This document shows positions 38,301 to 52,440 of a stretch of DNA of 64,000 nucleotides, one piece after another (the first letter of the stretch is position 1; every line of letters begins with the position of its first letter). Under the pieces are notes generated by a model, which made no database searches, was not told the origin of the DNA, and saw nothing but the letters and a program-made list of their open reading frames with translations. This DNA is from Camelus ferus (Eukaryota): positions 108,502,001-108,566,000 of the forward strand of contig NC_045697.1 in NCBI RefSeq assembly GCF_009834535.1, read 5' to 3'. The translations under genes were made by a program, and so were the position numbers.

Positions 38301-40569
38301 ATATTACTATTAATAAATTTCATATACAGCTATAAAATGAATAATTTGCAGCAGTATAATTAATGTGAAAAAAACAAGATGTGGATCCAAGCAATAATAC
38401 ATGTTCCTTCTATCCATAACTTCTTTGATTATCTTCTCCGCAAGCATCCTTCATGTTTTAATTTAAAGTTACTGTGAAGCCTTCATGAGCTACTTGCATT
38501 GAGACTTGGGTGATCCTCTTATGCTCCCACAGTACTCTGTATATGGGTCCATTTAAGCAATTATCTTTTTTACTATAAAGGTTTATTTATGGTTTTACCA
38601 CTAACTATAAGATTCTTAAAGGACTTTCATTTTTCACTTCTGCATATCCACAGGCGGAGGGGAAGAATCATCACCTTTTTGTTTACAGCCACTGCCTCGC
38701 ACAGTACAGAAATGCCACAAGAAAATTTATGATTCATATTCTGTTTACTCATGTTTATGCATGATGCATGAAGCATTCTTAAGAAGAAACTGATAGGATC
38801 TAAAATAGAATGACCTAATTTGTGGTAACTAATTAATACTGATAAAATAAGTAGTGGCAATACATCTATTGATCTGAAAATGTCATTTTTTTTCTCAAGT
38901 TCCAATGGAATGTACGTGTGGAAAGACGGTTTAGAAAGCCACATTTTAGAGTACTCACTTAGAAAAATTCAGGTACCCTATTAAAATCACTCTCCAAACT
39001 TGATGCTCATAGCATCACCCTGTTCTTCCTTCTCTCCAAAGTACTATAATAATTTTCATTTCAGCATCTTCTGACTTTTTTGGCTACAGTAGACTCTAAA
39101 AAGTGCTATCTAAATGACTGTACCCTATGTTTGTTTCTCCTTCATGTTCAAAACTGCTAAGTAGTAATTACTTTTAAAATTAAGTGTCAAACTATATCTA
39201 AGTTTAGTTATATTTAGAAAATGAAATATTCAAAATCACAGCTGCACATTCATTTAAAAACATTTAGTAAACAAAAACATGCCATATTCTAACAGTACAA
39301 AAACTCCTGAAAGAATTTTCCACGCTTAACAAAAACTTCAACGGATTGGTCATACAAATATTTATACTTTCTCTTGCCTGTCACTGGGAATATAAAAAGA
39401 TATTAAAGACAATTTCTGAAGTCTAAGAGTTTATAGCTTAATTGAGGAGACAAGACAACTACATGAAGCTGTCAAATAACACCACTGAGCGCTACGTATA
39501 TGTCTAAGGGCCAAAAGGTAACGGCAAAAATTACAATATGTTCCACTACTGGATGAGGACAATAGTAGATACAGTCGGTGCCAGGAGGAAGGTTCCAACC
39601 AGAGAGATAAGCTAGACTGTGAGGTCATGGAAAGGATTTGGAGAAAGAGGCACAAATATAACTGGCAGATAACGAACACGCTGGTAAGGGGGAGGGGGAC
39701 ACAAAGCTGGCTTTTTAAAGGCTTCATATTTCTGTATGTTAAGGAAATATCCTTATTTCCTCCTGGCTAAGTGTTCCATAAAACAAATGCTGGGCTTCAT
39801 GAAATGCTCTTTCAGGCATCAAGACATTTTAGAAAAGCAGTCTTGCTACAATTACCTTAAATGAGACTTAATCATGTCTAGACTAAAGTGTAAAAATAAA
39901 AATAAAAGGTAAACCTGGACTGGGGCTAAAGGCAAAGTTATGTCAGAAATTTAAGACTAAGTCGTAGTGCTTTAAGAAATGTGCAAGTGCTTCTGGCAGC
40001 TAATTTTGCTAACGTGAAAAGTACTCCTGTAGTAGAGATTATTAATAGCAATATACTTTGGGAGAGGCTATCATTTAAACTGTACAAATATCATACTAAA
40101 ACTCAGAAATGTAAAAGTATATACTAAAATGACAAAAACTGAGATAACCATAATATGCAATAAAAATTGTTCACTCAATGATAAATTATAAAACTATACT
40201 CATGGATCATTTATTTAGATAAAAACATAGACAATACTTTTAAAACTATGGGAAGACAAGAAAATTGTAGTTGAAAGTAGTACAGGTGACAGATCTATGG
40301 CAAATATTATTTTCCAGAAAGAATAAAAAAGGATCACCATGAGCAACAAATAATTTCTGGACCTATTTATATATTTTTCTAATGTTTTAAGTCTAAACAT
40401 ATACCATTATTTTCTCAAAGTGAAAAAAATTCCTTCAAGAAAAAATCTAGAATAATAAACATAGAAATATAATAACATAGTATCAACCAAGTAAAATCCA
40501 TAGAACTTTGCCATGGTAGGAATAAATCTGCTTAGAATAAGATTTCTTTCTCTTAAAACATTAGAAGTC

Positions 40570-40920
40570 CCTCATGCTGGTTTTCATTTGGTACAATCTT
40601 CCTGGAAAATAATTTAGCAGCATTTCTCAAGAATCTAAAAAAAATGCATACTTCCTGACCCAATAAAATTCTATTTCTAGAAAGATATGTACAGAGATGT
40701 TAAAGATTCATGTATAAAAAAGTTCAAAGCAGGTCACTGGCCAAATCAACGAGAGGAAAATGATGATACGTTCATTTGGCAGATTATACACTTTTGAGTA
40801 ACTACAGCCATGGCACACCACAATGTATTAAAAATGAATTAAAGTAACAATTTTGTTAAAAAAATCATTCACTTAAAAATTTTATTGTGGTTATTTCTGA
40901 GCAGTGGAATTACTGATAAT
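40570..40920 (+). mobile_element. Degraded L1ME-type fragment
   Basis: ttggtacaatcttcctggaaaataatttagcag...aaatgcatacttcctgaccca...ttctag. Confidence 0.5.
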
Positions 40921-41590
40921 TTAGGAAAATGTAAAGAAACATTTGTTTCTAAATCTTACATACTGAGATGTCTAATTTTTATAAAGAGAAGCAAAAGATA
41001 TTAATTATTGAAAAAAATTAAAATTCTCTGTATCATCATTGAACTCAGAGAATTTAGGGGATTACCAAATTATTAAATTCAGGAGGGTAATAACCCACAA
41101 ATTTGCTTTACCAAGAAAAGTTTATGATGGTTTACTTTCTGAGTATATACAAAATCTTTATACAAGTGAAAATTTTATGGCTGTTGTTTTCTGATTCAAA
41201 GTCAATACAACTGTTTGGTAAAACTGGCAGACCTTTCTGAAAAGATCCCAATGGACTCATCAACAATCTACTAAAGGAGCATAATAAGATTAAAATGATA
41301 TATATCTTAAACTAACTGAAGATTATACATACAAAAACAAATTACATTATTCTTGATGAGATCAACATTCTGAATATAGGTTTTTAGAAATTAGTATCAT
41401 TAATAATTCAACAATGAAGGAAGGACTTGAATCCAAGAAGAGTATTGAGGTAAGAGAGGTATAATGCTATTTTTAATTTTTGTCACCAAGTTCAAAAGTA
41501 CTAATTGAACAAACTGATGCAGTTTGAGGATGGTTAATCTGCCAGACACCTTGTTCTGAGTTGCTGTCTGCAAACACAGACCCTGATGTG

Positions 41591-42037
41591 TGACAAAGAT
41601 TCTCTCCTTGACCAAACTTTAGTCAGGATCCTCTGAGCTCTTTTTCAACTAGACCCTGTCCTTGGGCATGCTCTCATGAACCAAATTTTAGCAAGAATCC
41701 TGCTGAATCAGTCATGCTTGGTATCTCCCTCTCCATATCTGTTGGGTTCACTATCCTTTATCATCCCCCAGGTGACGTCTGACCACCTTGGTTAAGTTCA
41801 TTTAACCAGAATCTCCTCTCTACCCCAGAAGTTACCTCTTAGTAATTTTCTACCCATTGACCCCCCACTGTTCTTTGGCTATAAAGTTTCACTTTTCTTT
41901 GTTATATTAAGAGTTAAGCCCAATCTGTCTCTCCTACTGTGAACCCCCCATGTAGAGGTCCCTGTACCTATCATGACAGTCCCCCTCAATAAAGTCTGTC
42001 TTACGATTTTAACAAGGGTCATATTTTTTCTTTAGCA
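41591..42037 (+). mobile_element. Solo ERV1 LTR (MER31-like)
   Basis: TG...CA termini (tgacaaagattctctccttgaccaaactttagtcagg ... ttctttagca), TATAAA at 41880-41885, AATAAA at 41988-41993. Confidence 0.8.
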
Positions 42038-42344
42038 GGTATCATCCCTCAGCTTACAAAAAGACAACAAACATGCATACTGTCTGAATATTTCCAGTTT
42101 TTTATGACTGTAATCATTGCATAATCTATGGGGTAACTTAACAAATGAAACGTCTTAAAGAGATTACACAAAAAGTCCTAAATTTATAAATGTACCATGC
42201 TACCAAAAGTTATTTGTAGAATCTTCAAATGTATTTTCTCAAAGAAACAATGTCAAAAGTGATAGGCACCCAGGCTTAACCTCCACAATACTAATGTAAT
42301 AGTAGTTGAAAAAAAGCTCATAAAAAAAAATACAGTGGTCACAA

Positions 42345-42500
42345 AACATAGTAGAAAGAGAATGGCTACTATCTGCAACATTAGAGTCCTGAGGTTAAAT
42401 ACCAGCCTTACTATTTACCAAGAAAACTGGGGAGAGGTAACTTGTTTGAATGTTAGTTTTCTAGTCTAGTGAGTGGAGATAATACCTAACTTATAGTACT
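42345..42500 (+). mobile_element. MIR fragment
   Basis: catagtagaaagag...gagtcctgaggttaaataccagccttactatttac...tggagataatacctaac. Confidence 0.5.
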
Positions 42501-42869
42501 TAACAAACATTTAAATCATTTAAGAATGAATTAAAATAGACAAAATAGCTGAACAATGCCTAGAAGAGACAGCAGGTTCTTTTAAAATGACAGCAATTAT
42601 TAACAGCATTATTATACTACTACTGTACATCAAGGAGGGAAATTAATAAACAGTATGTTAAAATGCTAGGGATTAGACACAAATTTTTTTCTCTACATCA
42701 CTACAAAATAATTAGGAGAGAGAATGAGGGTTTTTAAAGGAAATGAAAGGCATATATGGCTCTCACAATCTCTAAAACTTTACTATTAGCTGAAACTTAT
42801 ATTCAAGCAAAATGATACAGGCACAAGATTTACTATAGTATCATTGTAATCATAAAAGCCTATATATCA

Positions 42870-43052
42870 CTGTTTCATAAATAAAGTTTTATTGAAACAC
42901 AACCACATCCACCCACTTATTCAAGTACTGCCTACAGCTGTTTCATGCTACAATGGCAGAACTGAGTGGTTCTAACAGTGACTAGGACTAGCTGGTCTGC
43001 AAGGCCTAAAATAGTTGCTGGCCCTTTGCAGAAAACATTTGTGGACCCCTGA
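42870..43052. mobile_element. MER58A hAT DNA transposon
   Basis: taaataaagttttattgaaacacaaccac...tgctacaatggcagaactgagt...gcctaaaata...tggccctttgcagaaaa...gacccctg. Confidence 0.82.
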
Positions 43053-46000
43053 TTTAAGCCAACCCTCAATGATAACAATACACAGGAGTAATATTAACTC
43101 AAATATTTTCTCAAATGACACAAATACTCTATTTTAATTTAATTTTCACTTTAAAGAAAAATTATTTTAAGTATGGTATTTTAAACAAAACTTGATATGA
43201 AATACAATCGCTACAAAGTTACTTCAACTATCCCAGTCATATACTTCATTACTGCCTGAGCTCTTAGGTTTCAGGTAAGTCCTTGTACCACGATGGCCCC
43301 ACCTCACCTCCCTGCTACTCCCACCAGCAGTTCTACCCTGTTCTCCTAGTCAGCTGTGTTGCTGATGCTTATGCTACACAATCAGTACATGGTTCAAACC
43401 CAAGAAATATATAAGGTGCCCTAAAAAACATTATCTGCCTATAAACCAGCACAATCAAGCAGACATCTTTAAAAGCCCTATATAAACCACTAGTTGCATG
43501 TCATTTGGAAATTTCTACCAAAATATGAACATTGAAGGATAACTTTGTGAGAATATTTTAAATGTTTAAAAGTCTCCAAACAAAACCAAAATGACTTAAT
43601 AAATGAGGTTTAAGTATTGAAGTAAATTCTTTAACACACTACTATTAATCATAAAGTACATTCCTTCTCTTATTACTAGAAAGAAAAAATGCTGTAGGAT
43701 AAGCTATGAAATTCCATCAAGATGTACCCTTACTTATGTGTTTAAAATGTAGAATAATGACGTACCTTAGGATTTAGGAAATACAGTATTATCCTAATTA
43801 GCTATTTCAACTTCAAAGAAAAATAAAACAATTTTCCAGTGATTTTATGTAAGCGAGTTCCTATAAATCTTCTCTTCCTCTAAAGGACAATCAGTTCTTT
43901 TAGAATAAAGTTATATACTCAACAAGTATTCTCAAATATTCCTGAAACTAAGAATTACCTATAGGACTTATATATCTCTGATGAGAAACCAAAATAATCC
44001 ACATGCTAATAACATAGACTACCAGGACTAATATTATACTTAACAGTGAAGTAAATAAATTTCCTGAAAACATTTGAAGAGCTACAAACTGAAGTTGTAG
44101 TTATAACAACCATTTTACAGAATTTTTCAAAATTTTCAAAATTATTTCATTGTGTAACATTAAATGGATCAACCCCTATGATGGATGGAGAGGCAATAAC
44201 ACGTTTTTCAAATTTTAATAGGTCAAGACTACATACAGTCTTGTGAGAGATCACTATATATTAGCTCACTACTTGGTAGGGAAAAAATGGCCTAAAAAAT
44301 AGAGAAGTCTGTATACTTCGTTGTCAGTGTGTAACAGTCTGACTCAAACAAGCTAAACATGCCTAATGTGAAAGGCATATTAGATATTAGATACAAAATA
44401 TGATTAACTACATATCACACAAAAAGTCTTCTTTAAATCTTTGATAAAAATGCACTAAAAATGTCTAACTAACATTACCAAAGGAAGGTTAGTAAATTAA
44501 ATAACAAAGAGCATGTGAATCAATTTAAAGCTACCTAAATTAACCAGCTGCAAAAAGGAGGGGAGAGGATATAATTACACTATCCCTCTAACATTTCTAG
44601 TAGTCAGAGTCAATGAGTTATGCAATAGTAAAGTATTGGCAGGCAGTCTAAAACTCAATGTGTTAATTTTATTTTTTAACTATCTTCCCACAAACGTTCT
44701 AGTTTGAATTTTATTTTTTCAAATATTATTACATTGCATTAATATATTATTATATTACATTATTATCAATGCAAGGCTATAATTTAATATAACAGTAACT
44801 TAGAAAAGTCAAACTGAACAGTGACCCTAGGAAGCCCTGAGGGAAAGCCTTGAAGTTCTCTATTAATTTTTCTCATAGAATCTGCTCCTGAGCCTTTTAA
44901 GTTTCATGTAGTTGTTAAAAAGATGAAGACAGAAAACATACATAATCTACCATGTACTGTACTTAAGGCCATCAGAGATATTCAATAAGAAAGAACAAAA
45001 TTATCTTGAGTGTTAGTATCTTAACTCTTTAATTAAAAAAAATCTACATTTCTTTTCCTTAATTCAAAAATTTACTTCTATTGGTATTTTCTTTCATAGA
45101 AGTATTAAAACAATAAATTAGTTTAGTAATGACTTTAAAGCTACTAGAGGCCTCTGTGTAAATGCTTAAATCAGAGCAGAGACCTCATTCAGAAGTTAGA
45201 AAAGTGACAAAGTGAAAGAAGACAAAATAAAAGAAACACTTATTGAAAACATAGTAAAGAAGAAAACAGGAGTGTGACAGAGATACTTATATTCTATTTT
45301 CAATGTTGAAATTGTATTACATTTAAAACTCAAAATGTATTCAACATGGCCACCACTCATTTAGAGTAGAAGCAGAAACAATTCAAAAAGAACTAAGGTA
45401 ACTAGAAAACATATTTTCACAAAAGCTATTTAAGTCCCAGCAAATAGAAGATTCTCTTTACTAAGGAGGAGGAAGATTTCTTAGGAGTTAGAGAGTTAGG
45501 AGTTAACCTACTTGATTAATAGAATGTTTCCCTTTTAGTTAAAAAAAAAAAAAAAAAGCAAGGGGGTGGGGAATTAAAAAGGGAACTAAAACACTAATAG
45601 CACTGATATATGCAAATACTCAGTCTCCAACAGGTTTTTTATTTTATATTTTTTTGGTTTAGTGTGTTCAGGATACTAAACACATTTAAGATCTAAAAAT
45701 ATATCGCTTTAGCTAGTAATTCAAAATGGCAATACCAAGTAACTCAGAAAATATAACAAAACTGTTAATATTAACAAGGTCAAAACTTGGTGGGGAGTAG
45801 GAGAATGTCATCCTGAAAAACATTCAATAGATCATAACCTGATTACAGATAAGCACGAGTTCTCCAAAATGTTTGTTAGTTCAGGATTGTCTATATATAA
45901 ACTGATTCGTAACTGCCACACAATAGCATGCTATTTTTATTTTGTATAACAGCAAAAGTAATATCTCTATTAAGTCTGAATTTAAGAAATAGTGATTTGA

Positions 46001-46432
46001 AAATATTACAGTTTAAAGTACCAGATAAACTCTTGAAAAAAGAGCTAAATGTTGCAATTCCCACGCATAAGGACAGTACCATCAGCTTTTTTGCTTTTAC
46101 CACAAAATAAAAACCACGAATTTGGGTGTTTAGTATTTGCCAACATATTTCAAAACCTACTTTTTACATTTGCCAACTTTAAGTAAGTTTAAAGAATTCT
46201 AATATCATAAAAATAAATGAAAGAGACAAAAAGGTGAATTGGGTAACCTTGCCCTCAAGGTTCTCTGTCATATTATTAAAACTATCATTTAGATAAGTTT
46301 TCACTGGCTATATAATGCACTGATAGTTTCTGTTGTAAGCAGCAATTGAAAGTTGAAGCATTTCTCCACCAAAGGAGGCAGAAGCAGTTCATTTAAATAA
46401 AGATTTCCATTTTTCAAACATGTGAGACTTAC

Positions 46433-46579
46433 CCGTCTTCGACAAAAAGGGAGGCCTTGGGCAATGATGCTAATGCTAAATATCTTCATCACAGTTTGAT
46501 GTGGTAGAGGCTCTTTTGCACTTTTAAGATCAACAGGAACCAAGCCATGGTTTAGAGTAGCTTTTCCCGGTTTTGACAT
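46433..46579 (-). CDS. FBXW7: FBXW7 gamma-isoform first coding exon (49 aa, MSKPGKATLNHG...GLPFCRRR)
   Basis: ATG at 46579 in aaaATGt context. 147 nt = 49 codons, ending at donor CGG|GTAAGT (GT at 46432-46431), phase 0. Peptide matches the known nucleolar Fbw7-gamma N-terminus. Spliced to 15450 it gives ...FCRRR-MKRKLDHG. Confidence 0.96.
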
Positions 46580-46950
46580 TTTAAAATTCCTCTTGGCTGA
46601 TGATTACTCTCTACATGTAATACAGGCACATTACTAAAAACTCTAACCACCAAAATAAAATATAACTTTCGAATTAAAAAAAAAAAAAAGGCTGAGAACC
46701 CAAGGCCTGCTGCTTTTGTCTTTCAACCTTCTCCTACCAAGTGTCCTGACCTGTCTGAGGCTTGGTGAAGTGCAAACTATCCTAGAATAGCCAGGAATTA
46801 TAAACTACTGAAGTGAAGCTCCTGCTCCTGCCAGTCAGACAGCTGGTGAGCCTCCCATGCACAGTCAGTAATGCGAATACAACCACAGCAGGGCTGGGCT
46901 GTAGGGTCCCTCTGAAAACTTCTCCAGTGACTAACCTAGGTACTCCCTAG
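46580..46950 (-). promoter_or_regulatory. Probable FBXW7-gamma 5'UTR and promoter region
   Basis: Lies directly upstream of the gamma ATG, is repeat-free and is more GC-rich than its flanks. U14 run in the transcript at 46676-46689. Boundaries approximate. Confidence 0.45.
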
Positions 46951-48187
46951 AAAGTGAAAGTAAAGTTTTCTTTAGCAAATTACAAAAGATAAATATTGTA
47001 TTTTCTCTTGAATATCTTATTAAGTTTTGCTTACCCAAATATCAGCATTAACATTTTAGGTAAGTTTTGAATTGTACTTTAAATTTAAGGACAGTGTTTA
47101 TGCATGTCCCCCAAATATACATATGTATTTATTCTATCTCAGATATATTCAGAATGAGCACTGTATCTTCCAGTGTTTGTCTTAAGCATGCTCTTTCCCT
47201 CTTCGATACATATCATTCTTTATCTTATACTAAGACATAATCTACTCTAGCTCTTTATAGCTGTTAATACACACTTCAGATTAATCTTACCAGGAGACAT
47301 TTTAGTTGTCTGCAAATTCCAGTTCAATCTCTATAATTCTGAAACACTTAGTAATTCCACTTAAAAGTATTAACTGTCATGTGACCGACTAAATATATTT
47401 AAAAACCCAAGTATTTATAAAGACAACCTGTGATGGAAAGTAATTATAATAAAATGAGTAATAAGTAACCAGTTCCTCACAAATCTGTAGGGCCTGATTT
47501 CTCTTAACAGTCAGGTAACTCTTCCTAAAACATGCAGAGGGAATGTGGTGTACAATCCACTCCTCAAGAACTTTCAATGGTTCCCCGATGCCTAAGACAA
47601 AGTTTGGAGATGAAGACACTCCTCAAAGTGGCCCTAACCTCAACTTGTCAGTATTATCTCAAATATTTCCTTAAATTAACTACTTATGCCAGTGTTAACT
47701 CATCTTTATGCTACATTTCATATTCAAATCCAAGAAGTGGACTGTTATAAAGGTAAGAAAAAAAGCCTAGTGTGAGAATTGACAGAAGTTTTAACAGATG
47801 ATAGATAATAGATGTGAACTATCCATTCACAATGTTCAGGTAGTTGATTCTCCTTCCATTCTATTTTCTTCTTCCAATAGGTAGTCACTTCACTTATCTC
47901 TTCTTCCAATAGCTTTTATGGACTGTTATAGTGGGAATTTAGAATGTGATATGAAGAGAATTACAAAGAAGAATGTCAGAAATGGGCGTACTTTTTTGAC
48001 TTTGGAGAGATATGTCTTACTAAAGTGGGTTACTAGGAAATCAATCCACACAGAAGAAATACCCCAAGTCCTACCATAATGCTACTTTTTAAAAGTTCAC
48101 CTCTCTCTGATACCACAATTTAAAATGTAGTCAAAAATGCAGTTATTAGCAGAGGTGACATTTTTAGTTACACAAAAGTAAACAACT

Positions 48188-48999
48188 GAATTTCTCCAAA
48201 GAAGATATATAAATGATCAATATGCACACATAAAGATGCTCAGTATCACTACTCATTAGGGAAATGCAAATCAAAACCAGAACCACAATGCATACCTATT
48301 AATATGGCTATTATTTAAACACACACACACAGAAAAATAAGCATTGGCAGAGATGGAGAGAAACTAGAACCCTTGTGCACTGTTGGTGGGAATGCAAAAT
48401 GGATGTAGCTACTATGGAAAATATAGTTCCCTCAAAAAAATTACTACATGATCCAGCAATTCCACTTTTGGGTATACAACCAAAAGAACTGAAAGAAGGG
48501 CTCACACACACAGATATTTGTATAACCATGTTCAAAGCAGCATTATTCACAATAGTCAAGAAATGGAAACAACCTAAGTAACCAGTGATGGAAAAAAATG
48601 TGGTACATACATACAGTGGGATATTATTCAGCCTAAAAAGGAAGGAAATTCTGACACAACGTCGATGAACCTTAAAGACATAATGCTAAGTGTAATAAGT
48701 TAGTCAAAAAAGGATAAATTTTGTATGATTTCACCTATATGAGGTACCTAGAGTAGTTAAATTTATAGACAGAAAGTAGAATGATGGTTGCCAGGAGCTA
48801 GAGGGAGAAAGGAATGAGGAGTTAGTGCTTAATGGGTACAGAATTTCTGCTGGAAAAGAAAAAATTTCTGGAGACAGTGGTAATGGTTGCACAACATTGT
48901 GAATATACTTAACATCACTGAATTATACACTTAAACATGATTAAAATAGAAAATTTTATGTTATAGGTATTTAATTATAATAAAAATTGTTTCAATAAA
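48188..48999 (+). mobile_element. 5'-truncated L1M (MA/MB): ORF2 C-terminus, 3'UTR and A tail, with TSD
   Basis: Degenerate ORF2 peptides (HCWWECK, DPAIPLLGI-PKE, ALFTIVKKWKQPK). Flanking near-direct repeats AAAAGTAAACAACT (48174-48187) and AAAAATAAACAACT (49000-49013). Confidence 0.92.
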
Positions 49000-49210
49000 A
49001 AAAATAAACAACTAAGAATACAACCATAACCACTGAAAAAAAATAAATAACAGAGATCTAGGCATAGAAGAGAGGGTACCAGAAATCTTGTAAGCAAAAG
49101 GTGAGACTGGTCTAAGATAAGCACATCTATGGCCCCACTAGACTACTTACTACCTGGCAGAATTAATGTCTCTAGCCTCATTCTAGTCTCAGCATCTCCT
49201 CTGATGCTCA

Positions 49211-49324
49211 TTTTCTTTCTTTTCTTTTTTCTTCCTTCCTTCCTTCCCTCCCTCCCTTCCTTCCTTCCTTCCTTCTTCCTTTCCTTTCCTCCCCTCCCCT
49301 CCTCTCCTTTCTTTTTTTTTTTTT
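49211..49324. repeat. Pure polypyrimidine tract with (TTCC)n/(TCCC)n and T run
   Basis: 114 nt with only C/T on the + strand. Confidence 0.93.
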
Positions 49325-49444
49325 GGGGGGGGTGGGGTGGGATATTTAGGCTTACTTATTTATTTAATGGAGGTACTGGGGATTGAACCCAGGACCTGGT
49401 GCATGCTAAGCATGTACTTTACCACTTGAGCAATACCTCCCCAC
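49312..49444 (-). mobile_element. tRNA-derived SINE, camelid Vic-1-like
   Basis: Reverse complement reads ggggaggtattgctcaagtggtaaagtacatgcttagcatgcaccaggtcctgggttcaatccccagtacctccattaaataaataag...C-run-A tail. Homologous to the copy at 31061. Confidence 0.87.
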
Positions 49445-50749
49445 CTCACTTTATTTCTTAACACAAGTCTAATCTTTTTTGTGTGTATAACATAACCTTC
49501 AGTCATACTGTGTCTTTTTCTCCTTATTAGAAAAATCCCTTTGTTGAAGTAGCTCCTGTGGAATGCCCCCTCCCCAAATTACTATCAGTGCCTACCTACC
49601 TTGTTAATATTTCATATAGTGTTATATAGCCTGACATTCTTTGTTCTCAAAAAATTTGTCTCAGTGATATTCATTAACCCCCCAAAATTCATTTCTTGGA
49701 ACAACACAGAAGATCTAATTTAAACTAAGTGTTATTCCAACACGGAAAAATTAGAAGAGTGTACTACATTCCGCAAGTTTAACATACTCATTCTGCATAG
49801 AAAAATGAATCAAACAGATCAACTCCAAATTTAACTTTCACTTAATTCATTGATTAATAAAGATAATCATACTGAAAATTATAATTTTTCACTTTTATAT
49901 TTAAAAGCCCTCAGAGAACTTTATTATCACATGTATTTACATGCAGATAGTTTAAAGATAGGGAAGATATGAATCTCTCTAATCTTCTTGGAGTCTGATC
50001 CTAAAAGGGACTCGTGGAGGGGAGCTGGAATTAATAAAAAATTTGGACTGGGAAAACCAGAACTAAAATAAACAGTGTTCATTTTACTGTTTCTAAGAGG
50101 GCAGAAATTATTATGAAGTAAAACTAGTTTTTCATTTTCAAGAAATTACTTACAATAATAACAGGAGTAAAGATTAAGGCTATTTTATCTATCAAACGTT
50201 GCGCTTTACACTTAGATACCAAGGTTTAATAAACACAAGCGGTGATAGTCTAATCCAACTCTTTTTAAATCGGTAAATAGCTGCCCTCAACTGGATAGTA
50301 CAGAGCACTGCACCTCAAGCAAACACAATATTGAAATTACGCGTCTACAAAAATACACTTTGGTAAAAATAAGACATTGTTAAGTCATTGAGCAGAGTAC
50401 TAATTTCCAAACTATTAAGTTTCATCTTTTTTTTCTGAGGATTCAAGTTAACAATAATTCTAAAGCAATGTTCTTAATCAACATGGAAACATTCAAAATA
50501 CAAAATCTTCAAATACAGAAGAAAACCCTAGTAAATGAGGGAAATTATAGTCAATGTGTAGGAGAATCCCCACTGTTAATATTTTAAAATGCAGCTAGCT
50601 CCTTGTGTTTAGGAAAAAAAACAAAGTCTTAGTCTTATTTATCCTTTTAAAAATACGTAAGATAGTCTCAATTATTAACTCCCTTCCCAAACTGAGACTT
50701 TTCAAAACAGACAAGCTCTTTTAAGATGGTATCAGTAAGTATTAAGGAA

Positions 50750-50985
50750 GTATGATACAGTAGGTTGGAATATTGACGCTGGAGTCAAACTGCCATAGTC
50801 CAAAGCTGGTTCTAGCACTTATTAGTTGTATGATGTTAAATTAATGCCTCTGTGCCTCAATTTCCTCTATATAGAACTTACCTCACAAGACTGTTATGAA
50901 GATCAAATTGGTTAATGTAAGTGAAACACACAGAACAATATTTCACATCTAGTAAGTGCTCAATATTGCTAGCTGCCATTACTAA
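50750..50985 (+). mobile_element. MIR SINE
   Basis: ctggagtcaaactgcc...ctagcacttattagttgtatga...cctctgtgcctcaatttcct...tagtaagtgctcaata. Confidence 0.8.
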
Positions 50986-52324
50986 CACTGTAAAAAAAAA
51001 AAAAAAGTCACGTAGAGCTTTGTAGATTACATTTCAATTAAAAAAAAAGTCCCTAAGAAAGCAAGCAAAGCTTCTAAAATCCACCTGTCATAACTTTGGA
51101 GTAGAACATTATAAAACATAATCACAAGTTTTAGAAGTTTAGACTTCCACAATTCTGTCAAAATTCTATCTAAAAATTAAGCAGTAGCAACTCAGTTGTT
51201 GTGTCTTGGCATTTTAAGATTCCAGACATCACTGATTATCCACCCAAGAACTCAGCATTAGGGAATTTGTGGTAAAGAGAAGATCTCAATATAAGATATT
51301 TTGCCTACTTATCACTTTCTGTATCAGAAGTTTTCAAAGTCTAACATAAAAACTTTTGAAAGTGAGAGTACTAGCATATGCCATTTAAATTCAGTATCAT
51401 GCACTACTTCTTAATTTAAGCAATAAATGACTTACTCTTCTATAGAAACAGAAAAATTATAGATGCTAAAAATTATACCACTACGTAAGTGACATAAATC
51501 AGAATCAATATCTTTTTGAGATGAGAATATGGTATTACAAAGCATACTCATTTATTCAGGGACATTGAGTGAGACAGATTATTCTCTGTATCTAAATCAC
51601 TGTTTTCAGTCTTTCCTTACACCTTAGATACCAGAATGTTATTTTTAGGAGACACTTAAATGCTCGAAGTGTTCACTAAGAAAAGATTACAAATTCCAAT
51701 TACAGTGTACTTAAGATATTATATCCACATAAACATTTAGTGGGTCACAACTTATTACTGTACTGCTTGCTAATTTTCTTTATTAGGGACCTAGGGTAGC
51801 CCCTAACTACTTAAAAGAAATTAGTTTGGGTTCTGAAACAGAACATACAGTTTACACAAGCGCTATAAAAATGTGACCTGGTAACTAGACATTTGCAAAA
51901 TAAAAGCATTACATATATCTATATATATGCAACATTTTCGAAAGTAAAATGCTGCCAATATCAGGTTACATAAAGTATTGTACCTGCTTTGATTTATATA
52001 ATCAAAGTCTGATTGCTAGACATTTAGGTTATTTCCAAATTCTGCTGGAAAATTCCAGTTATTTTAAAATAACTAGCTGAAAATAAAGTCATAAGTTAAA
52101 AAGTAAACTATATAAAAGCCAACCAAAAAAGCCTTTAAAAATGATAATGAAACAGTACACTAGAAACACTATGACTCAAAACCCCCAACTATTTATTAAC
52201 TTATTTACAACTAAATTTATTTACAATTAAATTATTCTTGACTAAACTGTTAGCTCAATCAACTTTCAGCCAGATTACCTGGAGTTAATACTCCACGTAA
52301 GCTTACTGGTATACAAAAAATACT

Positions 52325-52440
52325 AGGTGAATTTTAAGTTCTAGTTTCAGCTCTACCACTAACCAGTGACCTTAGGTAAGTCTCTTAAGTTGTCTCAGAT
52401 TTTGGATTTCTAGAATGAGGAATGAGGATGTTGGATCAAA
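52325..52440 (+). mobile_element. MIR/MIR3 fragment
   Basis: gttctagtttcagctctaccactaaccagtgaccttaggtaagtctcttaa. Confidence 0.55.

Noticed and set aside
48375..48581. ORFs similar to L1 ORF2 (also 62460-62651) as active genes
   Set aside because: Frameshifted, truncated fossil L1 fragments.
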